Source: Alphaproteobacteria bacterium
GTDB taxonomy: Bacteria > Pseudomonadota > Alphaproteobacteria > Rhodobacterales > Rhodobacteraceae
Reading direction: 5' to 3'
NCBI GenBank assembly: GCA_030433335.1
Contig: JAUILL010000019.1
Span: forward strand, 708 to 64,707
DNA length: 64,000 bases
Numbering within the stretch: the first letter of the stretch is position 1; every line of letters begins with the position of its first letter. A model generated the notes under the pieces. That model did no database searches. It worked only from the letters and a program-made list of their open reading frames with translations, and was not told the DNA's origin. The position numbers and the translations under genes are program-made. Shown here piece by piece: positions 30,205 to 40,862 of the stretch.

Positions 30205-31304
30205 TCCAGCACCCGTAGTTCGGTCGGGAAGGTTGTGAGGGATGTGCACCCTGCGTCGGTGATCAGCACGTCATCCTCGATGCGCACCCCGAGGCGACCA
30301 GGGACGTAGAGGCCGGGCTCGTTGGTAAAGACGGTGCCAGCGGGCAGGGTCATGTGGTTGCCGCGCATAATGTAGGGCGCTTCGTGGACTTCGCGGCCTA
30401 GGCCGTGGCCAGTTTTGGTTCGGATGTATTCGGCAAAGGGCGAGGCTTCGAGCACGCCGGTGACGGCATCGTCGATTTCGTGGGCGGTGACGCCATCGCG
30501 GGCGATCTCGTGACCGCGATTGTTGGCGCGGCGGACGGTGTCATAGATCTCGGCGTCTTCGTCCGCGACATGGCCAACAAAGAAGGTGCGCGTGATGTCC
30601 GCACAGAAGCCGCCCCAGCGGGCGCCGAAATCAAAAAGCAGCGCGTCGCCAGATTTGATCGGGACATCGCGGGCCTCGGCATGGGGGCGGGCGGAATTTT
30701 CGGCGGCGGCGACGATGGGGCGGAAGGCGTGGTCAGACGCGCCCTCGGCGAACAGGTTCAGGATCAGCGCCTGCTCGATCTGTTTTTCGGTGTCGCCCAT
30801 CTGGATCGTCTCAAGCGTGCGTTCCAAAGCGCGCTCGGAAATCTGGATCGCGGTACGCATGGCCTCGATGTCTTCGGGCGTTTTGATCATCCGCAGGGCA
30901 GAGATTTCGCGCTCGGCATCCACGATCTGAACGCCCGCGCGGGCGGTGGTCATGGCGTGGTGCACAAAGACCCGCATGACCTGACCTTCGACCGCGATGC
31001 TACCCGGATTCAGGTAATCCATGAAGCCGGTGAACGCGTCCGCATAGCCGGTCTGATCGCGCCAGTCGAAGACCGGACCGTCAAAGCCGACCAAGCCCCA
31101 GCTCTGCAGCTCCAGATTGGGAACGATCGCGGCGGCGCGGCCATCGGCGCACGCGGCCAAAACAAAAGGGCGCTCGTGGCTCATGAACGGGTGGTGGACC
31201 ACGCGAGTGAAATTCGGGCCGGGGACCAGCGCGACTGCGTCGACGCCAAGGCTGCGCGCCACGGCGGAGTAATCGGCCAGCCTGTCAGAGAGTGTGCCAG
31301 TCAT
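30198..31304 (-). CDS. M24 Xaa-Pro peptidase
   Basis: RMIKTPEDI, LFDFGA, CADITRT, GHGLGREVHE, NEPGLY, GVRIEDD. Confidence 0.92.
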   Translation of the reverse strand: MTGTLSDRLADYSAVARSLGVDAVALVPGPNFTRVVHHPFMSHERPFVLAACADGRAAAIVPNLELQSWGLVGFDGPVFDWRDQTGYADAFTGFMDYLNPGSIAVEGQVMRVFVHHAMTTARAGVQIVDAEREISALRMIKTPEDIEAMRTAIQISERALERTLETIQMGDTEKQIEQALILNLFAEGASDHAFRPIVAAAENSARPHAEARDVPIKSGDALLFDFGARWGGFCADITRTFFVGHVADEDAEIYDTVRRANNRGHEIARDGVTAHEIDDAVTGVLEASPFAEYIRTKTGHGLGREVHEAPYIMRGNHMTLPAGTVFTNEPGLYVPGRLGVRIEDDVLITDAGCTSLTTFPTELRVLEC

Positions 31305-31324
31305 GTGTCCCTCGGGAATAATGC

Positions 31325-31360
31325 AAAAAAGGGACCGGCGCAGGAGTGCGCGCCGATCCC
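31325..31360 (-). terminator. Stem-loop after dppA
   Basis: GGGACCGGCGCA/TGCGCGCCGATCCC imperfect stem with T6 on the minus strand. Confidence 0.6.
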
Positions 31361-31377
31361 GATTGTCAAACGTTCGC

Positions 31378-32967
31378 TTACTTCAGGCCAACCTGGTTGA
31401 AGATGTGACCACCCAGCGGGTGCACAACGTAACCGTCAACCTCGGGGCGGGTGACCATGTACACAACCGAGTGCGCGATGGTGGCCCAAGGAGCCTGATC
31501 CTTGAAGATGGCCTGAGCTTCTTCATAGAGCTTGGTGCGTTCGGCTTGGTCACTGGTGACCTTGGCGGCCTTTACAACTTCGTCGAACTCTTCGTTGCAC
31601 CACTGCGCGCGGTTCGAGCCGCCGACAGCGTCACAGCCCAGCAGAACGGCAAGGAAGTTGTCCGGATCGCCGTTGTCGCCGGTCCAGCCCAGCAGGACTG
31701 CGCCGTCACGTGCGGTGTCTTTCGAACGCTCCAGATACTCGCCCCATTCGTAGGACACGATCTCGACGTCCACACCAACCTTGGCAAAGTCCGACTGCAT
31801 CAGTTCGGCCATACGGCGGGCGTTGGGGTTGTAGGGACGCTGAACGGGCATGGCCCAGATCTTCATCGACAGATCGCTGACGCCCGCTTCTTCGAGCATC
31901 GCTTTGGCTGCTTCGGGATCATAGGCGTCGTCTACGGTCGCATCGCTGTAGGACCACATGGTCGGCGGGATCGGGTTCTTGGCGATCTGACCCGAGCCTT
32001 GGAAGACCACGTCGATGATCGCTTGCTTGTCGATCGCCATGTTCAGCGCTTTGCGGACGGTGGGGTTGTCGTAGGGGGCAACCTGAGTGTTGTAGGCCAG
32101 ATAGCCGACGTTCAGGCCCTCTTGCTCCAGCACTTCGACCGCATCGTCAGATTTCATCGCTTCGATGTCGGCGGGGTTCGGGTAGGCCATGACGTGGCAC
32201 TCGCCCGCCTGCAGTTTCTGGTAGCGGACCGACGCATCGGGTGTGATCGCAAAGATCAGTGCTTCGACTTTTGCAGGATCACCCCAGTAGTCGTCGTTGC
32301 GCACGTAACGGACAACGGCGTCTTTCTGGTAGGCTTGGAAGGTGAACGGACCGGTGCCGATGGGCGCCTGGTTCAGCATCTCGGGGGTGCCTGCCTCGAG
32401 CATGGCATCCGCGTATTCCTTGGACACGATCGAAGCAAAGTCCATCGCCATGTTCGCAATAAAGGGCGCTTCGGGGCGGGTCAGGTGGAAGACAACGGTG
32501 TAGTCGTCAACCTTTTCCATGCTTTCGATCAGGTCGGGCATGGACATACCCGAGAAGTATTCCCAAGTGCCGCCGGATACCTGGTTGTACGGGTTGTCGG
32601 GGTTGCCTTGACGATCAAAGGTAAAGATCACGTCGTCCGCGTTGAAGTCACGGGTCGGGGTGAACATGTCGTTCGAGTGGAATTTCACGCCCTGACGCAG
32701 GTTGAAGGTCACGGTCATGCCATCTTCGGACACTTCGTAGCTTTCGGCCAGACCGGGCAGGGTCTCGGTTGTGCCAACCTTGAATTCGACCAGCTGGTTG
32801 TAGATCGGGTGGCTGGACGCGTCAAAGGTGGTGCCAGCGGTGTACAGCGCGGGGTCAAAACCCTCGGGCGAGCCTTCGGAGCAATACACGAGCGCCTGCG
32901 CGTGGGCTGCGCCAGCGGTCAGTGCCATAGCCGCAGCCATGCCAAGCATCTTTGCTTTCAGTAACAT
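31378..32967 (-). CDS. dppA: Dipeptide ABC transporter substrate-binding protein
   Basis: LVYCSEGSPEGFDP, GTTFDASS, PGLAESY, WAMPVQRPYNPNA, GWTGDNGDPDNF. Confidence 0.95.
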   Translation of the reverse strand: MLLKAKMLGMAAAMALTAGAAHAQALVYCSEGSPEGFDPALYTAGTTFDASSHPIYNQLVEFKVGTTETLPGLAESYEVSEDGMTVTFNLRQGVKFHSNDMFTPTRDFNADDVIFTFDRQGNPDNPYNQVSGGTWEYFSGMSMPDLIESMEKVDDYTVVFHLTRPEAPFIANMAMDFASIVSKEYADAMLEAGTPEMLNQAPIGTGPFTFQAYQKDAVVRYVRNDDYWGDPAKVEALIFAITPDASVRYQKLQAGECHVMAYPNPADIEAMKSDDAVEVLEQEGLNVGYLAYNTQVAPYDNPTVRKALNMAIDKQAIIDVVFQGSGQIAKNPIPPTMWSYSDATVDDAYDPEAAKAMLEEAGVSDLSMKIWAMPVQRPYNPNARRMAELMQSDFAKVGVDVEIVSYEWGEYLERSKDTARDGAVLLGWTGDNGDPDNFLAVLLGCDAVGGSNRAQWCNEEFDEVVKAAKVTSDQAERTKLYEEAQAIFKDQAPWATIAHSVVYMVTRPEVDGYVVHPLGGHIFNQVGLK

Positions 32968-33072
32968 TAGATCAACCTCCATGTGGATCTATTGGTGTGG
33001 ATGTTCCGGTGTCTGATGCACCGTTTGCCCGCTTGATGCGGATCTGCTCTCCGGCCGCCGTTGGCCGGAAAC

Positions 33073-33702
33073 TTAACCCTCGCCCTCGACGGTGGCGGGG
33101 GGGAGCCGGCGCTGGTCGTTGACGGCCAGAACGCTCAGTGTTCCGGTCCAGAGAATGCGCGCCGGATGGTCGGTCAGATTGGCCCATGCATGGGGAACGG
33201 TGCCGCTGTAGTGCAGGCTGTCCCCCGGCCGCATGGTAAAGGTCTGACCGTCGAGGGACTGTTCGATCTGTCCCTCGAGAATATAGATGATCTCCTCGCC
33301 TTCATGGGACACGGTCTCGGACTGGTAGCCCGCGGGAACGTGCATGATGTAGGACGACATTTCCGACCCGGGGTAATCGTTGCTCAGGGCCTCGTAGGTG
33401 ATCGAGGACCCTGCCAGCGAAAATTGCTCGCGCTGGCTGGCGCGGCTGATCGCATCAGTCGGTTTGTGTGTTTTGATGAAATACTCCAGCCGCACATCCA
33501 GCCCTTCGGCCAATTGCGCCAGAGTTCCGAGTGTTGGCACCGCCAGATCCCGTTCGATCTGGCTGACATACCCGACCGAAACGCCAGCCGCTTCGCTCAG
33601 GCCCTGCAGGGTCATCCCCAGCCCTTTGCGCCGCTTTCGGATCAGCGCGCCAAGCTTTGGCCCTGCGGGTTTGTCCAGAATTGTGGGTGCTTCACTCTGC
33701 AT
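33073..33702 (-). CDS. XRE-family HTH plus cupin regulator (PuuR-like)
   Basis: LGMTLQGLSEAAGVSVGYVSQIER; cupin HEGEE...PGDSLHY...PH. Confidence 0.9.
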   Translation of the reverse strand: MQSEAPTILDKPAGPKLGALIRKRRKGLGMTLQGLSEAAGVSVGYVSQIERDLAVPTLGTLAQLAEGLDVRLEYFIKTHKPTDAISRASQREQFSLAGSSITYEALSNDYPGSEMSSYIMHVPAGYQSETVSHEGEEIIYILEGQIEQSLDGQTFTMRPGDSLHYSGTVPHAWANLTDHPARILWTGTLSVLAVNDQRRLPPATVEGEG

Positions 33703-33740
33703 GATCGCGAGTATTTGACCACCTGATCAATAAAGACAAC

Positions 33741-33769
33741 AAAAATTTTTCTACTGGTAAAATTTTTTT
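33741..33769. promoter_or_regulatory. AT-rich dyad, candidate operator of the XRE regulator
   Basis: AAAAATTTTTCTACTGGTAAAATTTTTT near-palindrome in the divergent intergenic region. Confidence 0.45.
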
Positions 33770-33882
33770 ACTAAGCCATTCATGCCGCGTGGAAATTGAG
33801 CATCTGTGCTAGTAGAACAAGGCTAACGCGACCTTGGGGCAAGCGCGAAGCATTCCCCCACGTCAATCGAATTGGAGCGAAT

Positions 33883-34704
33883 ATGCTGCGAGTCAACGTC
33901 ATCGGGGCAGGCAAAGTTGCACGGACCTTCATGCTCTTGTTTCAGGGGGCAGAGGGCGTCGAGACGCAGGATGTTTTCAGCCGGTCTGCGTCGTCCGCCG
34001 AGGCTGCTGTTGGTTTGGCTGGCGGGACGGTCGTCGCAGAGCCGGCGCAGATGCGACCGGCGGACCTGTGGCTTTTGACCGTGCCGGATGACCAGATCGG
34101 GGGGGCAGCGACAGAGCTGGCTGCGTCTGGAGTGGTGCCCTCTGCGGTCGTGCATTGCAGCGGGTTTCTGTCGTCATCGGTTCTAGCGCCGCTGGCAGAA
34201 GCAGGATGGCAGGTGGCCAGTTGTCATCCGGTGCTCAGCTTCGCCGATCCGGAGAGCGCGCGGGATCAATTTTCAGGCACCTATTGCGCGGTCGAGGGGA
34301 ATGCTGAGGCTGGGGCGTTGGTATCTGAAATCGTCACCCGCGTGGGCGGGCAGCCGTTTCCAGTGAATGCAGAGAAAAAGGCTCTCTACCATGCGGCGGC
34401 TGTGTTCTCGAATAACTTTGCGGTAGTTTTGCAGGCGATCGCGGCAGATGCTTGGGCCGAGGCTGGCGTTCCAGACGACGTCGCGACCGCGCTACGGAAC
34501 AAGCTCCTTGGTGGGGCGGCCGCGAATGTCGAGAAGCTGGGACCGCAGGAAGCTCTGACAGGGCCCGCCGCGCGGGGCGATCGGGCTGTGTTGGATGCTC
34601 AGGCAAAAGAGGTCAGTGTGTGGCATCCGGAGGCAGGGCGCGTTTACCAAGACCTAAGCGACCTCGCGGGTCGGCTCAAAGCAACTGGCAAATCGCTGCC
34701 GTAA
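33883..34704 (+). CDS. Rossmann-like plus DUF2520 oxidoreductase (PanG-like)
   Basis: IGAGKV, LTVPDDQI, HCSG, CHPV.SF, YHAAAVFSNNF, ALTGPAARGD. Confidence 0.85.
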   Translation: MLRVNVIGAGKVARTFMLLFQGAEGVETQDVFSRSASSAEAAVGLAGGTVVAEPAQMRPADLWLLTVPDDQIGGAATELAASGVVPSAVVHCSGFLSSSVLAPLAEAGWQVASCHPVLSFADPESARDQFSGTYCAVEGNAEAGALVSEIVTRVGGQPFPVNAEKKALYHAAAVFSNNFAVVLQAIAADAWAEAGVPDDVATALRNKLLGGAAANVEKLGPQEALTGPAARGDRAVLDAQAKEVSVWHPEAGRVYQDLSDLAGRLKATGKSLP

Positions 34705-34708
34705 GCTG

Positions 34709-36151
34709 CTAGGCGGACATCGCGGCAGACGAGGCAGTCAACGGCAGCGTTTCTGTATCCACCATCTCGAACAGGTTGACGGTCGAGCGCGTGAGACGTC
34801 GCGCCATCGCAGTCATGACAGTACTGTTCTGCTGGTAGAGCGCCAACATTTCGACAGCGATCAACTCTTTGATCAGCAGTCCCACCCGTTTGCCGTTGCG
34901 CCGAACAACGATCACTGCCGACCGTTTGGTGAATGTCCCGGGTTGCAGGCCAAAGATCGACGCAAGGCAGTAGATCGGCAGCATTTCGTTTCGGTTGCTG
35001 ATGCTGCGAACGAACCCGTCGCTGCCCGGTCCGCCGATATCCTCGCGCCATGGGATGATCTCGACCACCTGATCAAGATCGATGGCACAGGGCTTTTCGG
35101 CATCAAGGAGCAGACACTGTATCTGGCGACCGCTATTGGCGGCCTTGTCTTCGGCATTGGTGTTCTTGATCACGACTTTGCCAAGGTCGGTGATGCGGGA
35201 CTCTTCGAGCATTGCGGCATAGTGCAGGACAATGAAGTTGACTTGGTCGTCCCGAGCAACAACGCCTTGGATCAGATGGGGGCACGCGTAGATAGTGTCG
35301 GGCACGGCGCCAAGGTCGGTTTCGCTAATCCGGATGATATCGACCACGCGGTCAACACGGATCGCGAACCTGTCTCCGTCCTTGAGACGCACAACAACAG
35401 CCGAGGTCCGCTTGGTTTCCGAACTCCCCGAGGACAGGCCCAGAAGTGCGAGCGGGTCCAATAGGGCCAGTTCATACCAGTGCGACTTGATCGTGCCGCA
35501 GCAGATGTCGCTACGCGCACTCCAGCCGTTGACTTCGGACGAAGGGATCGTCGTCTCGATCTGGGTGATCGGCAGGCACATCTGAATGCCATCGGTTTCA
35601 AACAGCAAGAAACGATCGCTGTGGTCCAGATTGCGCTTGGCCTCGCGGGTGTCTTTGACCAGCGGAACGCTCTCTGCGTACAGCTCTTTGATGTCCAGCA
35701 GTGGGAAAACCATCTCTTTGTCCGTGGCCATCTTGCCGACGATCCGAGAGGGCTTGGCCCCGTTGTTGTGACGCATATCGTGGGCATCGCAATCCGCGCG
35801 CTTCACGAGTTTCACTGCGGATTGGGCCACGATTCCCAAGAGCATCTGCTCGTGGGTCAGAATAACAACCACGCTCCGGTTGGAGGCTTCGGCCCCGGCA
35901 CTCAACTCGAGAAAACGCGGCAGGTCCAGCACAGGCACAATCTGGCTGCGCAGGGCGAAACACCCCAGAACGCCCTGTTCGATCGAGGGAAGAGGATCGA
36001 ATTCGACCGGGCAGGGCACGACTTCGCGTACCTGCGTGACGGGTACCGCGACACTGAATTCACCAAGGTCAATGACCGCCAACGTATCCTCTCCGGCGTT
36101 TTTGGCCGAAGAGGGCTTGGATGTCGTTCCGTTGGTGGTCGCGGTCGCCAT
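34709..36151 (-). CDS. Protein with three tandem CheW-like domains
   Basis: Three repeats of 'A/LxPxxQVxE(V/I)' ... 'P(V/I)xDL' (e.g. VPVTQVREVV...LRSQIVPVLDL; LPITQIETT...LLDPL; IDLDQVVEII...MLPIYCL) plus 'GL/I.V..V..I' strands. Confidence 0.8.
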   Translation of the reverse strand: MATATTNGTTSKPSSAKNAGEDTLAVIDLGEFSVAVPVTQVREVVPCPVEFDPLPSIEQGVLGCFALRSQIVPVLDLPRFLELSAGAEASNRSVVVILTHEQMLLGIVAQSAVKLVKRADCDAHDMRHNNGAKPSRIVGKMATDKEMVFPLLDIKELYAESVPLVKDTREAKRNLDHSDRFLLFETDGIQMCLPITQIETTIPSSEVNGWSARSDICCGTIKSHWYELALLDPLALLGLSSGSSETKRTSAVVVRLKDGDRFAIRVDRVVDIIRISETDLGAVPDTIYACPHLIQGVVARDDQVNFIVLHYAAMLEESRITDLGKVVIKNTNAEDKAANSGRQIQCLLLDAEKPCAIDLDQVVEIIPWREDIGGPGSDGFVRSISNRNEMLPIYCLASIFGLQPGTFTKRSAVIVVRRNGKRVGLLIKELIAVEMLALYQQNSTVMTAMARRLTRSTVNLFEMVDTETLPLTASSAAMSA

Positions 36152-36154
36152 GGT

Positions 36155-38923
36155 TTACACCTTTTCGCTGTTCACCGAAGAAAGGGCCTCGATCAGTTCG
36201 ACAACCTCTTTGGAGACGGCTTCCTGATCCTTGGCCAGTTCCGAAATAGTCGAGATCGAACTCGCTGTGCTATCCACCGCATCGACGATGCTGCCAAAGG
36301 CCTTGCTAGCCGATTGCGACCGTTCCGTGCCCAGGGTGACGCGGCTGGTGCTCTCGGAAATCAGTTTGGTGATTTCCATCGCAGCGTCAGAACTGCGCTC
36401 GGCCAGTTTGCGGACCTCTTCGGCCACGACCGAGAAGCCTACGCCGTACTCGCCTGCACGGGCTGCTTCGATGGCCGCGTTGAACGCAAGCAGATTGGTC
36501 TGGTTCGCGATGTCGCTGACGACACGGACCATCTCGGAAATCTCGTTCGACGATTTTGCGATCAGCTCGATGCTCTCGATGGCGTTGTCCAGTGCATCGT
36601 TCCCGGCGGCTGCGCTCTGCTTGGTGTCCTTGGACCGTGATAGAGCATCGGTTGTCGAGCCGTTGATCGCCTCGATCGAGCCCGCCAGACGGGCGACCGC
36701 TTGGGTCATCGCCAGCGTTTTGTCGTTGATCGCTTCTTCCAACTGCACCTTTTCGGTGATGTCGTGGGCGTATTTGATCACCCCGACGATGTTGTCCTTT
36801 GCGTCCAAGAGCGGCGAGTAGGTTGCATGGATCCAGACGTCGCGGCCAAACTTGCCCACTCGGTGGAACCTGCCACCCCGCGTGTCACCCTTGGCAAGCG
36901 AGATCCAGAAATCCCTGTATTCCCTCGACCGGATATAGTCAGGCGAACACAGCATTGAATGATGCTGGTCCTGAACCTCGCGCATAGAGTATCCGATGAT
37001 CCGCAGGAAGTTGTCATTCGCCTTGATGATATTGCCCTCGAGGTCGAACTCTACCACGCCCTGCGAGCGGTCCAGCGCTTCGAATTTCGACTCGAACTCC
37101 GCATTGCGTCGGCGGCGCATGGTGATGTCCGATGCGAACTTCACGACCTTGACCACGTTTCCGTCGATATCGAAAATCGGGTTGTAGTTGGCCGAGATAA
37201 AGACCTCTTTGTCATCGTTCCCGACGCGGACATATTCACCTGTGTGATATTCGCCCCGTGCCAGCTTTGCCCAGAATTCTGCGTAGGCCGCGCTTTCGGC
37301 CTCTTCGGGCTCGACGAACATTCTGTGATGTTGGCCGATCACGTCTTCGGGCTGGTAGCCCATCAGCGCCAGGAAATTCTTGTTGGCGTGGATGATGCGG
37401 CCGTCGGTGTCGAATTCAACCACACTCTGCGAGCGATTGAGCGCCGTGACCTTGCCCTCAAAGTCCGCATTGCGCATGCGGTTGGTGGTGATGTCCTGTG
37501 CCACTTCGACGATCTTGGCGATACGCCCGTTCAGGTCCAGAACCGGCGCAAATGTCGACTGCACAAAGAAGCTCAGCCCGCCTGCGCCATACTTCCGGAA
37601 TTCCCCGGATGTGGGGCGCCCTGCGGCAACCTCGTTCCAGAAACGGTTAAAGGCGAGCGTAGGTGTGCCTTCAGGCGACCACAGTGCCGCTGCCGACAGG
37701 TCTGTAAGATCGCCCTTGGTGTAGCCGGTCATCTCGTAGAACTTGCCGTTCGCCTTTAGAATGCGGCCGTCTGGTGCATATTCGACCATCATGTGGTGCT
37801 TCTGCACGGCCCCCAACACGCCCTCAAGCTCGTTGGTCTGGACCTTGGTTTCCGTCACATCCATCGCGATCTTGATGACCTTGACGATAGTGCCGTCCGG
37901 CCCCGTGATCGGGTTGTAGGTGGCCTGAATCCAGACAGGTTCGCCTTCTTTGGTAAAGCGCTTGTATTCGCCGGAATCGAACTCGCCGCGGCCCAGTTTC
38001 TGCCAGAACTGCTTGTAGGCGGGGCTTTCGCGCTCTTCGTTGTCGACAAAGATCTTGTGGTGTTTGCCCACGATCTCTTCTTTGCGATAGCCCATCAGAT
38101 TGCAGAAGTTCGAGTTCGCGCCGATGATCGTGCCGTTCAATTCGAATTCGATGACGGCCATCGCCTTGCCCATCGCACGAAGACGGCCCGTGTTTTCTGC
38201 GGCGGCCTCTTTGACGGCGGTGACGTCCATCGCATATTTGACGATGCGGACGATCTTGCCATCGGGGCCGATGATCGGGTTGTAGTTCGCGCGAATCCAG
38301 ACAGAGCGTCCATTGCGGGTGATGCGTTCGAATTCCCCGTCGCGCACTTCGCCTTCGCGCAGTGCCTGCCATAACTTGGTGTATTCAGGGCTGTCCGCAT
38401 AGGATTTGTGGCAGAACATCCGGTGATGACGGCCAATCACGTCCTCGAGGGTGTAGTTCATCAGCCTCAGGAAGTTCTCGTTGGCGTATTGCACACGGCC
38501 TTCGAGATCGAATTCAATGACCGCCTGTGCCCGGTCGATCGCCGCAATCTGCCCGACCAGATCGGTGTCTTGGGGCACCAGATTGCCGATGATCAAGAGC
38601 GAGCCGTCGTTCAGATCGCCTCGACCATGCAGCACCAGAAAGGTCACGCCCTGCTTGTCATCCTTCAGGTGAAGGTGCAGCATTTTGTGCCCGCCTTCTT
38701 CGGCAGCCTTCCTGAGTGACCCGAGCAGATACTCGCCCTCGCGGACATAATTCATGATCGGCGTGCCAGCGACGTCGTGCCCGCCGGGTGTCAGGATGGT
38801 GTCGGCGACATCGTTGGCGCTGACAATCATGCCATCCTTGGCGCGCACTTGCATAACAAGGCTCGCGCCCATCATCAGCTTGGATGCAGAAGTCACCAGC
38901 GGTGCGGGAAAATCTCCGGGCAT
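36155..38923 (-). CDS. Soluble poly-PAS methyl-accepting chemotaxis protein (BdlA-like PAS repeats)
   Basis: Five PAS/PAC repeats (e.g. [34 protein letters not shown]) plus a degenerate N-terminal PAS; MCP core [21 protein letters not shown]; no TM segment. Confidence 0.92.
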   Translation of the reverse strand: MPGDFPAPLVTSASKLMMGASLVMQVRAKDGMIVSANDVADTILTPGGHDVAGTPIMNYVREGEYLLGSLRKAAEEGGHKMLHLHLKDDKQGVTFLVLHGRGDLNDGSLLIIGNLVPQDTDLVGQIAAIDRAQAVIEFDLEGRVQYANENFLRLMNYTLEDVIGRHHRMFCHKSYADSPEYTKLWQALREGEVRDGEFERITRNGRSVWIRANYNPIIGPDGKIVRIVKYAMDVTAVKEAAAENTGRLRAMGKAMAVIEFELNGTIIGANSNFCNLMGYRKEEIVGKHHKIFVDNEERESPAYKQFWQKLGRGEFDSGEYKRFTKEGEPVWIQATYNPITGPDGTIVKVIKIAMDVTETKVQTNELEGVLGAVQKHHMMVEYAPDGRILKANGKFYEMTGYTKGDLTDLSAAALWSPEGTPTLAFNRFWNEVAAGRPTSGEFRKYGAGGLSFFVQSTFAPVLDLNGRIAKIVEVAQDITTNRMRNADFEGKVTALNRSQSVVEFDTDGRIIHANKNFLALMGYQPEDVIGQHHRMFVEPEEAESAAYAEFWAKLARGEYHTGEYVRVGNDDKEVFISANYNPIFDIDGNVVKVVKFASDITMRRRRNAEFESKFEALDRSQGVVEFDLEGNIIKANDNFLRIIGYSMREVQDQHHSMLCSPDYIRSREYRDFWISLAKGDTRGGRFHRVGKFGRDVWIHATYSPLLDAKDNIVGVIKYAHDITEKVQLEEAINDKTLAMTQAVARLAGSIEAINGSTTDALSRSKDTKQSAAAGNDALDNAIESIELIAKSSNEISEMVRVVSDIANQTNLLAFNAAIEAARAGEYGVGFSVVAEEVRKLAERSSDAAMEITKLISESTSRVTLGTERSQSASKAFGSIVDAVDSTASSISTISELAKDQEAVSKEVVELIEALSSVNSEKV

Positions 38924-38965
38924 GGTGCAAACTCTCCTTCAGTCTTTCGGACCGTCGTTTCTAAC

Positions 38966-40624
38966 TCAAGCGCCGGAATTGGCGGCGATATACTCTTGGA
39001 TCCGAGCCATCATGTCGGGCGACACGTTGCTGAGATCGGGCTTTGCAGAGCCTTGGGCCACGGGCCGCAAGGTGAACTGGCGCAGCACTTCCTGAACTTC
39101 GCGGATCGAGCTCTGCATGTTCTGTGCCGACTCGGACATCGTTTCGGATTGTTTCGAATTTTCCATGGTCGTCGTGGTGAACGCGCCAAGGGCCTGATTG
39201 ATCTGCGCGGTTCCGCGAGACTGCTCTTGGCTGGACTGTTCGATACGCTGCGTTTCAGCTTCGATCTGGGCAATATTCTCGGCGATCGTGGCAAAAGAAA
39301 CCTCTGTTTCCGCCGCCAGTTCGGCCCCCAGCGAAACGCGTTTGGTGGAGTCTTCGATCAGATCTGCGGTCTCGCGGGCGGCCTTGGCCGAGCGCCCGGC
39401 AAGGTTCCGCACTTCTTGGGCAACCACCGCAAATCCGCGACCGTGATTGCCTGCGCGCGCCGCTTCGACCGCGGCATTCAGGGCCAGCAGGTTGGTTTGG
39501 AACGCGATGTCGTCAATCGCCTTGATGATGCGGCTGATGTCGTTCGAGGACTTCTGGATGTCCTCCATCGCGGTGACCATTTCAGTGATCTTGCCCTTGC
39601 CGCCAGTGACTACGGCCATTGCATTACGGACCAGATCGGTCGAGCCTTTGGTCGCTTCGGCGTTGGCTTGAACCATAGAGTCGGTCTGCTCCACGCTTGC
39701 GGCGATACGCTCGACATTTTCGGACTGGAGCTGGGTGTTTTTGTTCAGGTTGCTCGCGCTCGATGCCACGTCCGAGATGCCAGCGCTCAGGTTGTGGACC
39801 TGATGATCGACCTCGGACATCTTGGCATTCAGGCCGGTAAAGGCCTTGGAGAACTCCTGAACGATGGACTGGTAGACGCCGACATGACGCTCGGGGTGGA
39901 TGTCCACAGACAGGTTCCCGCCCGTCATCGCCTCTGTCAGACGCGAAATTTCCTGCGATACGTCGATCAGGCTTTGACGGGCCTGCGCAATCGCTTCGGC
40001 GATCTGGACGCCTTCGCCCTGAAGCTCAGGAATATCGATCTCTGTGTTGCCGTTCGCGATGGCCTTCATTGCGGAAACGACTGTGTTCTTGATGTCGATG
40101 TGGTGCGCGATCATGCGGTTTACGCCGTCGGCGACCTTGGCGTAGGTCTCGTCCAGCGAAGGATCGTTGATCCGTGCGGAGAACTGGCCCTTGGCCTGCG
40201 CGTCAGACATGGTCGAGACGCCGCTGATCAGCGCTTTAACCTGAGTTTCGGCATGGATTGCTTCGGTGCGGTCGGTCCACTCGACATACACGCACTGCAA
40301 GTCACCGTTTTCGTCAACTTGCGGCGTCGCCGTGAAGTGAAGTGTGCGCCCCCCAAGGACAAACCCCGCTTTGTGCGCGCCGGTCATGCCCTTGATCAGG
40401 TTGCGCTGACGGGACGGGGTCTTGTGAAACTGGTCGATCGATTTCCCGACAACCTGATTTACGTCGAAATTCGGAAGATCCTGCCGGATGGCACCTTCGA
40501 GATCCGCGAACATAGCGTAGGCTGCTTTGTTTACGAAACGCACAGTCATGTCCGAATGCGCAATCATGATGGGATTGGAGAGAATGTCCAATGCCAAGCA
40601 AGTCTCTGGTTTTAAATAGCTCAT
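38966..40624 (-). CDS. Soluble Aer2-like heme-PAS/HAMP chemoreceptor
   Basis: PAS resembles P. aeruginosa Aer2 (IRQDLPNFD...[10 protein letters not shown]...GGRT...VEWTDRT); MCP core [20 protein letters not shown]; no TM segment. Confidence 0.88.
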   Translation of the reverse strand: MSYLKPETCLALDILSNPIMIAHSDMTVRFVNKAAYAMFADLEGAIRQDLPNFDVNQVVGKSIDQFHKTPSRQRNLIKGMTGAHKAGFVLGGRTLHFTATPQVDENGDLQCVYVEWTDRTEAIHAETQVKALISGVSTMSDAQAKGQFSARINDPSLDETYAKVADGVNRMIAHHIDIKNTVVSAMKAIANGNTEIDIPELQGEGVQIAEAIAQARQSLIDVSQEISRLTEAMTGGNLSVDIHPERHVGVYQSIVQEFSKAFTGLNAKMSEVDHQVHNLSAGISDVASSASNLNKNTQLQSENVERIAASVEQTDSMVQANAEATKGSTDLVRNAMAVVTGGKGKITEMVTAMEDIQKSSNDISRIIKAIDDIAFQTNLLALNAAVEAARAGNHGRGFAVVAQEVRNLAGRSAKAARETADLIEDSTKRVSLGAELAAETEVSFATIAENIAQIEAETQRIEQSSQEQSRGTAQINQALGAFTTTTMENSKQSETMSESAQNMQSSIREVQEVLRQFTLRPVAQGSAKPDLSNVSPDMMARIQEYIAANSGA

Positions 40625-40810
40625 CTTCCATCCCGCCGTTCAACAATTTCACATACTTATCAACGACACAGCGGCGGCATCGTTAGTGTATCTTTTGGTG
40701 AACTTGATCCGGAATAAGGGAAGGAATGCACTCGGGTGGGAAAACACATATTTTGCAAACACTTATTTGCGTTTTCCACCTCAGACGACCTCTTGAGTCT
40801 GACTTTCGGC

Positions 40811-40840
40811 AAAAAAGAAGGGGCGCAAAAACGCCCCTTC
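40811..40840 (-). terminator. Terminator of the polyol ABC operon
   Basis: GAAGGGGCG/CGCCCCTTC stem with T6 on the minus strand. Confidence 0.75.
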
Positions 40841-40862
40841 GATAGGTCTTGATGCTTTGGAT

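Noticed and set aside
36800-38530. Recurring DNA words (e.g. ATCGGGTTGTAG) at roughly regular spacing, suggesting a repeat array
   Set aside because: Explained by tandem PAS/PAC protein repeats; not a CRISPR array (no constant repeats with unique spacers, no cas genes).
40704-40717. FNR-like TTGAT-N4-AATAA upstream of the Aer2-like gene
   Set aside because: The right half-site matches only 3/5; too weak to call.
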